A stretch of 64,000 nucleotides of DNA from the human T2T-CHM13v2.0 reference genome, Homo sapiens, in the NCBI RefSeq assembly GCF_009914755.1, contig NC_060947.1; one strand, 5' to 3'. A model generated the notes under the pieces. It searched no databases, was not told where the DNA came from, and saw nothing but the letters and a program-made list of their open reading frames with translations. The position numbers and the translations under genes are program-made. Positions 28,185-37,702 of the stretch are shown piece after piece (the stretch's first letter is position 1; the number at the start of each line of letters is the position of its first letter).

Positions 28185-28202
28185 TGGTGCCAAAACCCGG
28201 GA
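28185..28202 (+). promoter_or_regulatory. Primer-binding site complementary to tRNA-Phe
   Basis: TGGTGCCAAAACCCGGGA matches TGGTGCCGAAACCCGGGA (complement of the tRNA-Phe 3' 18 nt) at 17/18. The mismatch is at a CpG. Confidence 0.93.
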
Positions 28203-28428
28203 AGGGGTAGGCTCTGGCCGGGTGTCCCTAGAGCATACTCTCTATCTCCTTTTCCCTCCCCCTTTCACCCCCTCACTCCTCCTGGGCTCACTCATTGGGA
28301 TGCGCTAGAGCCTTGGTTCCCTTCCTTATTTTCCAGCCACTCTCCCCTTCCTGAACCTGCCAAAGACCTGGAGGATTTATTGGACACTCCCATTGTTGGC
28401 AACTTCATTCATCACTAGAGTCTACACA

Positions 28429-28437
28429 GGGGTGAGT
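28429..28437 (+). promoter_or_regulatory. Probable major splice donor of the provirus
   Basis: GGG|GTGAGT in the leader between PBS and gag. Confidence 0.6.
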
Positions 28438-28674
28438 AAGAGAGACTCTTGCCATTTACCTGGGACACTTGACCATCTCTGTCTTCCTGAAAAACCCAGT
28501 GCTGGGCCAAGGGCTCCCTCCAGCCTCTAGGCCTATGGCTCCTCCATTTGAGTGACACCTGACTCAGTAGTTGCCTTCTGTATACTAAACAAGGCCTGCA
28601 GGACTGGGGACACTCTCTCCCACTGTCCTTGCCACTGGCAGTCTCTTCTTCCTCTGCCCCATCCTCCATTCACT

Positions 28675-30271
28675 ATGGGAGCCTCTCAGTCTACTCTGTC
28701 TAAAACTACCCCTCTGGGGTGCCTCTTGCACAACCTTAACACTCTCAGGCTTCATTCAGAGCTTCATCCCAAGAGGCTTATTTTCTACTGTAATGTGGCT
28801 TGGCCACAATGTAAATTAGACAATGGCTCCCAGTGGCCTAAAAATAGTACTTTCGTTTTCAATATATTCAGGGACTTAGACAATTTTTGCCATTGCAGTG
28901 GGAAATGGTCTGAAATTCCTTATGTTCAGGCTTTCTTCACCTTCCATAACTGCCCTTCCCTTTGCCAATCCTGCTCCACTTTCCAAATCCTACTCACCCA
29001 TTCTAAACCTGACTTGCTCTCAGCATACCCCCCTTCTGTACCAACTGACGACTCCTTCTTTGACCCTGCAGACTTTTTCATTCCCTGGCCTCATCCTGTT
29101 CCTCCTCCAGAACATCGTGACCCTCCACCATACACTCCTGCCCCAGCATTGACCCTCTTACCCCCTCTCTCTAACCACCCCACTTCTGATTCTGAGTCCT
29201 GTCTCTACCCCTTATCCACTCTCAGACCCAACATGCCCAACAACCAGATCCCATACTTCCCCTCCAGGAGGTTGCAGGGGCTGAAGAAATTGTCCATGTC
29301 CATGTTCCTTTCTCTCTTACCGATCTTTCCCAAATTGATGTGTCTCAAGTCCTTCTCCTCCAATCCCAATACTTATATCAAAGAGTTGAAAAGTCTCACC
29401 CATTCCTATGAACTTATTTGGCATGATCTCTATATCATTCTCTCTTCTACCTTCCTTCCAGAAGAAAAGGAGAGTGTGGCTCATGGCCCAAGCACACGCT
29501 AATTACCTCTATCAGCAAGATCCTTCTAAGCCAGTAGGGGCCACGGCAGTCCCCTGAGAAGAGCCCCCCTGGGAATACCAACCCACAGACCCTAGCTGGG
29601 CATCCTGTAACCATATGATTACTTGCTTCATCGCAGGCCTTAACAAAGCTGCCCATAAAGCTGTAAATTTTGAAAAAGTCAAAGAGATTTCCCAGAGGGC
29701 AGATGAAAGTCCTGCTGAATTTCTCTCCCGCCTTACAGAGGCTCTCCAAAAATACACCCGTGTATTCCTACTTCCCGAGAAGAGACTATAGTACTTAATA
29801 CCCATTATATCTCCCAATCAGCTCCCGACATCTGGCACAAACTCTAAAAGCTAAAGAAGGCCCTCAAACCCCACAACGAGACCTTCTCAACCTGGTTTTC
29901 AAAGTCTTCAATAATAGGGATGAGCAGGAAAAAATAAATAAGGCCCAATGAGATTGTGCCAAATACCAGCTACTAGCCATGGCTATTTGCCAACCTGGCA
30001 ATAGCACCCAAGGGCACAAAGGACCCGATAGCAGTCTTCCTCCTGCTTTAAGAGTGGCAAAGAAGGCCACTGGGCATGGGCATGTCCTAACCCATGAGTA
30101 CCGAAAAGCTCCTGCCCAGTCTGCCAAGAAACAGGCCACTGGAAATCTGACTGCCCTCTTAACCCGCAAACAGAAAAGCCTGGCCCCCCGAGCCACTGTC
30201 CCCTCATCAAGCTGAAGAGTAGATAATCACTCATACTCCTGCAACTCCTTGGCCTGGCCACTGAAGACTGA
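28675..30271 (+). pseudogene. gag: ERV gag, frameshifted and with stops
   Basis: MGASQS myristoylation start. Matrix motifs PLGCLL, CNVAWPQ, WSEIPYVQAF. PPPY late domain at 29122-29133. MHR-like QRADESPAEFLSRL near 29690. Two zinc knuckles at 30044-30085 (C>S) and 30113-30154 (intact CX2CX4HX4C). Ends LGLATED-TGA. Confidence 0.92.
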
Positions 30272-33200
30272 CGGGGCCCATGGCCCCAGCACCCTCTGCC
30301 ATCACTGCATTGGAGCCCAGGGTAACTCTACTAGAGGCAGGTAAGCGGATCTCTTTTTTAATCAATACTGGGGCCACCTATTCAGATTTACCTGAATTTG
30401 TAGGACCAACTCATCCCTCTCAAGTCTCAGTTGTGGGAGTTGATGGACTTGTCTCCAATCCCCATGCCACCAGACCCCTGTACTGCTCCCTGTTTAATAC
30501 CATTTTCTCACATTCTTTCCTTATCATGCCTCACTGCCCTACCCCCATTCTAGGCTGAAGCCTCTTAGCCAAATTTAAGGCTTTTATCACCTTTTCCTGC
30601 CTCCCTCAACCAGAGTCTCTCCTGCTCCTTTCTGCTAGTCCGACACCTGACCTCTCTCCCCAGTACCCACTCCCTGCCTCTCTTGTTAACCCAGTAGTGT
30701 GGGACAGCACCACCCATCCCTAGCTGCTCACCATGATCCCATCAAAATCCACTTAAAAGACCTCTCCAAATTTCACAACCTACCCCAATACCCCATCTCT
30801 CTCACCCACCAAAAAGGCCTGCAGCCCATTATAAACAAACTCTGCTCATGCGGTCTCCTTAGACCCACTCAGTCTCCATATAAAACCCCCATCCTCCCTG
30901 TTAAGGAATCAGATGGCTTGTACTGACTTGTCCAGGATCTCCAAGCCATCAACCAGGCTGTCCTCCCTATTCATCCCATAGTCCCTAATCCCTATACACT
31001 TCTCTCTCTCATCCCCTCTAATACCACCCACTACATTGCAATTGACTTAAAGGATGCCTTCTTTACCATTCCCCTACACCCTGATTCCCAAAATCTCTTT
31101 GCCTTTGCCTGGACTAATCCTGACACCTTTTAATCACAACTCACATGGACTGTCCTCCCTCAAGGCTTCAGGGACAGCCCTCACTTATTTGGACAAGCTC
31201 TAGCCCAAGACCTCACCTCCTTAGACCTTTCCCCCAGCTGTCTCCTTCAATGCGTAGATGATCTTCTTCTCTGCAGCCCCTCCCTAAAAGACTCTCAAAC
31301 TCACACAATTACCCTTCTAAAGTTTCTTGCTAGAAAAGGATATAGGGTCTCCCCCTCCAAAGCCCAACTGTCCACCCAACAGTAATATACTTAGGAGTCC
31401 AACTCTCCCCCAGGGCCCAAGCCATGACCCCAGCACAGGCAGCCTTAATAAACAGCTTGCCTCCGCCTTCCTCAAAAAATGAAATTATCTCTTTCTTAGG
31501 ACTGGCAGGTTTCTTTAGGAACTTTGCCCTCCTGGCTCTCTCAATGAACCTCTAAGCCCCACACATAACATACTTCCCAGTCTCCAAAAATTCCAAACTG
31601 CTCTTGTCACTGAACCTGCCCTGTCCTTACCCAATGTCTCCCAACCCTTCATTCTCTACACTGCTGAAAGCCAAGGGACAGCCCTTGGTGTCTTATGACA
31701 ACAGAAAGGGGATCCTCCTTCCTTTGCCCCTGTAGCCTACTCTCTAAACAATTAGACAACACTGTCAAAGGGTGTCCAACCTGTCTTAGAGCATTAGCAG
31801 CCGTGGCTGTTTTAGCTCTGGAAAGAAAAAACTAACATCAAGCCAAAGCACCACCATCCACAGCCCTCACAATTTACAGGATCTCTTCTCCTGGGCTTTC
31901 AGCTCCCTCTCTCCTCCCCAAAATCAGTCACTTCATGCCCTTTTTATTGAAAATCCCAAATTCAGTCTTGCCAAAAATACTACCCTCAACCCAGCATCCT
32001 TATTCCCTGTATCTTCTTCCCCTCCTACTCATTCTTGCACTGATATCTTGGACCACCTACAGCCACATTTCCCAAACTTTTCCTCTGAGCCTTTCACCAT
32101 CCCCAATGACCAACTATTAATAAATGGCTCCTCTTCTGGACCCACCAACTCCCTCAAAATTGCTGGATATGCAGTTGTTTCCTTTGACTGAGTAATTGAA
32201 GCCAAGCACCTACACCGAAGAACCTCCTCTCAAAAAACAGAACTCATAGCTCTCACCAGGGCCCTAAACCTTCCAAAGGCAAATGAGTCAACATTTATAC
32301 AGACTCCAAATATGCCTACCACATTCTTCATTCCCATGCTGCCATCTAGCAAGAAAGACGATTCCTTACTGCCAAAGGAACCCCCATCACTAACAGCCCC
32401 CTTATTTATCAACTCCTTCAGGCCACCCACCTCCCAACTAAAGCAAGAGTTATACACTGTAGAGGACATCAAACAGGATCAGATGAATCTCAAGAGGGAA
32501 CAGAAAAGCTGATGAGGCAGCAAAGGAAGCCTCCCTCTTGTCTGCCCCTGCCCCTCTCCTCCTCATTACTCCAGCAATTCAACCTAAGTACTCTCCCACC
32601 AAAAATACTTTGCTACTACAGGAGGGAGACTCCCTTCAAGGGGACTGGGTAATCAAAAATAAAAAGCTCACCCTTCCCAAAGAGCAAACCAAAGAAATTC
32701 TAACTTCTCTTCAGCAATCCTTCCATATTGGTGCATGCCCCCTCTACCTACTCCTTCATCCTTATTTCTCCTCCCCCAACTTATTCACCTCACTAAAAAA
32801 CGTAACCTCCAACTGTCATATATGCTTTGTTACTTCCTCCCAAAAGGCCCTCTGCTCTCCCTCCAACCCCATGCATCAGCTACGAGGAACACTTCCAGGG
32901 GAAGATTGGCAAGTGCACTTAACCCACATGCCTCCCATCAAAAAAACAGAATTTCTTCTGACCCTTGTAGACACCTTCTCTGGGTGGGTAGAGGCATTTC
33001 CTACGTCTTCAGAAAAAGCTGCAGTAGTCTCCCAAATTCTTATAACAGAAATCATCCCTAGATTTGGCCTCCCCCACTCCATACAATTAGACAATGGCCC
33101 TAGCTTCATCTCCCAAATCACCCAACAGACTTCTTAGTCCCTCGGTGTCCAGTGGCACCTCCATATACCCTACCGATCCCAGTCATCAGGGAAAGTTGAA

Positions 33201-33770
33201 AGGGCAAATGGAATTCTCAAAACATGGTTAACTAAACTCAGTCTTAAAGTCCAAAAACCCTGGACTTCTCTTTTGCCCATAGCTCTAGCCCACATTAGAG
33301 CCAGTCCAAGAGCACCCTCCTTCCTCAGCCCATTCGAATTAATGTATGGGCATCCCTTCCTCCTACAAAACAGGCCCCCATCTGATTCTCAGTTAGTAGA
33401 ATACCTCCCCACACTCTCCCTCATCTGCCATCTCCTCCGTGAACAAGTGGACCAAGCTCTCGCAAAACCCCATGAACGCCCCACCAACCAGACTCTCCTA
33501 CCAGGAGAACACATTTTCCTAAAGACCCTCAACCCAACTAGTCTCAAGCTCAAGTGGGAAGGTCCATCCCAAGTTACTGTCACAATTCCCACTGCAGTCA
33601 AACTCTCAGGACATACCTCTTGGTACCATCTTTCCAGATTATAGAGGGCTCCTGCACCTGACCCACCCACAGCCAATCCACCAATTGTCGTCCACAAATA
33701 TCTCAGCACCCCCATCGGATGAACCCAGCTTCGCCTTACTCATATTTCAGAAGAACCACTTTCCACCTGA
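30272..33770 (+). pseudogene. pol: ERV pro-pol (protease, RT, RNase H, integrase), defective
   Basis: Protease FLINTGA (DTG>NTG). RT motifs IDLKDAFF, LPQGFRDSP and LQCVDD (YVDD>CVDD, 31251-31262). RNase H IYTDSKY. Integrase DTFSGWVEAF, DNGP, SSGKVERAN and WEGP. Multiple stops and frameshifts. Confidence 0.95.
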
Positions 33771-33839
33771 AGCTATAAAAGATAAGTAACACCCAACTTA
33801 ATCTTCAACATCTCCTCTACCTCTACCCGACCATCCATA

Positions 33840-34013
33840 ATGGAAGTCTTTCACTATGCCACCATCGCAATAAGCAGCATTCTAACCATACTCTTTGCAG
33901 TTGGATTATATACTGTAGCACCTTAATAGGCAAAAATCCCAGTCACTCTAACCTCTTGCCTATCCATTATCCTCATAACTGGAGTCACAGTTTATAATAA
34001 TCACCACTCTTAA
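33840..34013 (+). pseudogene. Decayed hydrophobic small ORF between pol and env
   Basis: MEVFHYATIAISSILTILFAVGLYTVAP**AKIPVTLTSCLSIILITGVTVYNNHHS* (hand translation). Two hydrophobic stretches. The final TAA abuts the ATG at 34014 in frame. Confidence 0.5.
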
Positions 34014-35933
34014 ATGCCCTGTCCATGCCTACATTGCCACTTCACCCTCTTCCTCACCTCTGTTTGCCAAGATAGTTTTTGGTTTTATCCCCAAGCTCCC
34101 ACTTTCAACTCTCTTTTACAGTGGATAGATGATCTTCTCTTCCAAGGTGCCTTGTGCGATTTTTCTCCAGATGAAATGCACTTCTTTACTTTCCTACTTC
34201 CCTTTGCCTGTCTACCCCTTCTACTCCTCCACACTCTAGCTCTCGTTCCCCCACCAATGCCTAACTAACCTCACAAAACCCTAAATCTTACACTCTTAAA
34301 CAGGCCATTCCTACCCTAGCCAGTGACTGCTGGTTCTGCTTCTATCTATCAACTACAGCTTACACCGCAATTCCTGCTTCAACCCATGGCTGGGTTTTTA
34401 CTCAAGTAACTTTCCACCCCCATTATGAACTGGGCAGTCTCTACCAATACCCAGATTTACAGTCCTTAATACATCTCTCCAATTCCTATTCTGAAACAAA
34501 CCTCTCACCACAATAGGGCAGGCAGTTCTGCTAATGTGCCCCTATTTCAATTATCTAGCCCCTTATACCAACCATACCAAGCCAATCCTCAGAACCATAA
34601 TCACTAACATTTTCTTAACTTCTCAAGCCCCTCTATGCATCCAGCGCCATCACCCCTCAGGTCACCTCTTAGGGCACCTGCCTTCAAATCACTGGAATTT
34701 CACTGTGCAACTCCAAGGCCCAATTGACCATATTAGCCTTCCCATCTTTAGGGTCACCATGTACTTTCCTGCCCCCTCCAAAAAAATTAATATCACTCTA
34801 CTATAAAACATAAATTCAGGTTACTGCAATGGAAGACACCTACCCTGCCTATCCCTTCAACCCTGGACTCCATCTCCCTGTGAGGTTCACCGCCCCCCAC
34901 CACAAACAAATGTCTCCTAATTCCTCTATTAAACAATAACCACAGCCTTCTGATAGACAAAAAATGGTTTCTCCTCCACTTGGAAAACATAAATTCAGGT
35001 TCAACCCAACTGTCTCCCAATACCCCCTTACAGCCACTCAACACAGCTGCCTTAGCAAGCACCCTAGGAGCATGGATATACAAAGACCACAAGCTTACAC
35101 ATCTTTTTAACATACACAACCAATTTTACTTACCTAGCCAAGGCATATTCTTCCTGTGCGGTACCTCCACCTACCTCTGCTACCCTATCAACTGGACTGG
35201 TACCTGTACTCTGGTTTTTCTAAGCCCAAAAATCGACATTGTCCCAGGAAACAAAACCTACCTATCCCTGTAAAAACTCAAGTGTGCCAATGCAGGGCCG
35301 TTCAGTTAATACCCATCCTAGTACGACTAGGAATGACTACTGCAGTTGGAACCGGAGTGGTCGGGCTTTCTACTTCCCTCATGTACTATTGCTCCCTCTC
35401 ACAAGATCTTACAAACAGTTTGGAAGACTTACCTAATACTGTTTCAACCCTCCAATCACAGATAGACTCCTTAGCAGCAGTTGTCCTTCAAAATCGCAGA
35501 GGCCTTGGTTTGCTCACTGCTGAAAAAGGAGGGCTCTGCATCTTTTTAGATGAACAGTGCTGCTTTTATCCCAATAAATCAGGCCTAGTTCAAGATGCAG
35601 TAAAAAAACTCAAAGATTGAGCCCAAAAAATAAAAGAAAACACATCTGCTACCTGGTCCCTCTGGTCCTCATGGTCCCTCAGCTCCTGGGTTCCCTGGCG
35701 ACTACCCCTCCTTGGCCCAGCTATAACCATCTTTCTTCTGTTAGCTTTTGGACCCTGCTTCATGTGTCTCCTTATCCAGTTTTTACAGGACCACATCAAA
35801 ACCTTCACCCATGGAACAGTGCGAGGTATACTGCTGCTTCAAGCATACCAGCGGCTTCAAGAACAACCATCCCAAGCCCCCCAAGCCTTTCCCCTTGCAC
35901 ACCGCCCCTCTACAGCTAGAAGCAGTCAGATGA
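34014..35933 (+). pseudogene. env: ERV env (gamma-type SU/TM), defective
   Basis: CWFC (CXXC) at 34328-34339. GIFFLCG..NWTGTC. Decayed furin site CQCR at 35285-35296. Fusion peptide, then ISD LQNRRGLGLLTAEKGGL from 35486 and CX6CC (CIFLDEQCC). TM anchor PLLGPAITIFLLLAFGPC. QLEAVR* tail. Confidence 0.93.
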
Positions 35934-35975
35934 TAAAGTCACTCCTCTTCCTTTATCACCTATTAAAGGCTGGAA

Positions 35976-36372
35976 TGTTAGAGAGCCAAGCTACCCCTCC
36001 TCCTCCTCCATGACCTTTGCAATACGGTCCTTTGTGACCACCTACAAACACCTCCCCACTTTTTCTACAGCCACTTCTGCAAGACTTTCAGTAGAACTGG
36101 TAAACAGTTCCAGGATGTGGTTAAGACATCTGCCCACCTTGCCTAGCCAAGCTTGCCTAGCCAAGCAGGCAAAAACATTTCCAGGAAATGGTTGAAACAC
36201 CTGCAACTCTACTCAGTTTCCCCCACCCCAACCTAGCACCTTGCCCTATAAAACCCCACAGCAGCCTGTAAGCGGGGCTACCTCCTCCACAGTGGAGCAG
36301 CCCAGCAGGTTAATAAAAACTTGCTTGCCTGACTTTGGGGTCTCCTTGTTCCTTCTCTTGGCTAACCTTACG
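35976..36372 (+). repeat. 3' LTR (397 bp)
   Basis: Preceded by purine-rich AAAGGCTGGAA. TATAAAA at 36247-36253, AATAAA at 36312-36317. Terminal CA mutated to CG, followed by the TSD CTTAC. Confidence 0.97.
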
Positions 36373-36627
36373 CTTACTTTAAGTTTACATGAGTCCTTGT
36401 GTGTTAAATGAGTCTCCTGAAGGCAGCAGATGGTTGGTGAGTTCTTACCCATTCTGCAGTTCTGTGTCTTTTAAGTGAAGCATTTAGGCCATTTACATTC
36501 TATGTTAGTATAGAAATGTGAGGTACTGTTGCATGCTCTTTGTTGCCTGCATACTTTGTTTTTTGTTTTTGCTTTTTAACTTGTATTTTTGTTTTATAGG
36601 TGCTGTGTGCTTTATGCTTTAAAGATA

Positions 36628-37702
36628 CAATAATTTTGGAAAACAATGTGTGGGTAGAACATCTGTCTGTTAATTGCACACAAAACCACTTTTAATGGGT
36701 ACAAAGTTAAATTCGGAGGAATAAGTTCTAGCTGAAGTATTATTGGCTCCAAATGATGCTTTGAGGACCTCCAAAGGTAAAAGTACTAATCCATTTGGCC
36801 GTTTATTGAGAGAGAGAGAGTAGGGTGACTATAGTTAATGTATTGAATGTTCTTGCTACAAATAAATGATAAATGTTTGAGCTGATGGGTGTGCTAATTA
36901 CACTGATTTAATCGATACCCATTGTATGTGAAACAGTATATACACCATATTTACAATTATGTATCAGTTTAACATTTAAAAAAACATTTCTAATATAAGT
37001 ATCTCTCAAACTGTGGATTAACTTCTTGATTTATATTTAAATATGAATCTTGAGGAAAATAGTGAAAATAACCATCTTGATTTAGTGTATTTCTCCCATA
37101 TGTGAATTGTATATACTTAGGTGAGGACAATAAAATCAACTGAGCTGTAAGCTTAGAATAGGACTGAGGGGTAATTTTGCACAGCAACTTTACTAATGGT
37201 ACATTGTTGCCTCAAAACTCTCTCTCTCTCTCTGTCTCTCAATGAATGGCCAAAGGGATTAGTGGTTTACCTTTGGAGGTCCTCAAAGCGTTATTTGGAG
37301 TTGATAATACTTCAGCTACAACCAAGCAGAATCTCTTTTTTTTTGGAGGACCTCGAAGCATTATTTGGAGCTGATAATACTTCAACTTCAATTTGGAGTT
37401 GATAATACTTCAGCTAGAATCTAGTAGAATCTGTTTTTCCTTTGGAGGTCCTCAAAGCATTATTTGGAGTTCATAATACTGAAGCTAGAACCAAGCAGAA
37501 TCTGTTTTCTTCTGAGGAGTATCAGTAGCATAAATGTGATTAGGAACAAAGTACACTTGATATATGTATGCAATGACTGCTATTTATACAAAATTTAAAT
37601 CTGCAAATGGATTCAACATGTTTATGGGTTATTAAAATTGACTAATTTCTTAGGTTCTTCATAGTACACATGTTGAAAATAAATGATTGATTAAGAAAAA
37701 AA
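36628..37702 (+). pseudogene. 5'-truncated processed retrocopy of a transcript 3'UTR (resembles SEPTIN14 3'UTR-derived pseudogenes by recall; unverified)
   Basis: Interrupts the L1 inter-ORF region. TSD AAAGATA (36621-36627, 37703-37709) at a TTT/AAAG endonuclease site. AATAAA at 37678-37683 followed by poly(A) from 37696. No meaningful ORF. Confidence 0.85.
37272..37510 (+). repeat. Tandem array of ~70-bp units (about 3 copies plus a partial)
   Basis: TTTGGAGG(T/A)CCTC(A/G)AAGC.TTATTTGGAG.T.ATAATACT..AGCTA.AACCAAGCAGAATCT starting at 37272, 37342 and 37441. Confidence 0.9.

Larger units (their letters stand above)
27780..36372 (+). mobile_element. Full-length endogenous retrovirus, class I, HERV-H/F supergroup with Phe PBS (HERV-F type), coding-defective
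   Basis: Two ~400-bp LTRs. 5-bp TSD CTTAC (27775-27779, 36373-36377). tRNA-Phe PBS. gag/pro/pol/env motifs in order. Strongly C-rich, G-poor sense strand as in HERV-H-like viruses. Confidence 0.96.

Noticed and set aside
28077-28418. 113-codon ORF across LTR R/U5, PBS and leader
   Set aside because: Non-ATG start, crosses cis-acting elements, low-complexity Pro/Leu/Ser content explained by C-rich bias.
27780-36372. Identification as canonical HERV-H or as the coding-competent HERV-Fc1 provirus
   Set aside because: The PBS is Phe, not His. gag and env contain multiple stops and frameshifts, unlike the near-intact HERV-Fc1 locus. The exact family is left open.
37272-37510. CRISPR-like appearance of regularly spaced repeats
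   Set aside because: The units are contiguous degenerate tandem copies without unique spacers, in primate DNA with no cas genes.
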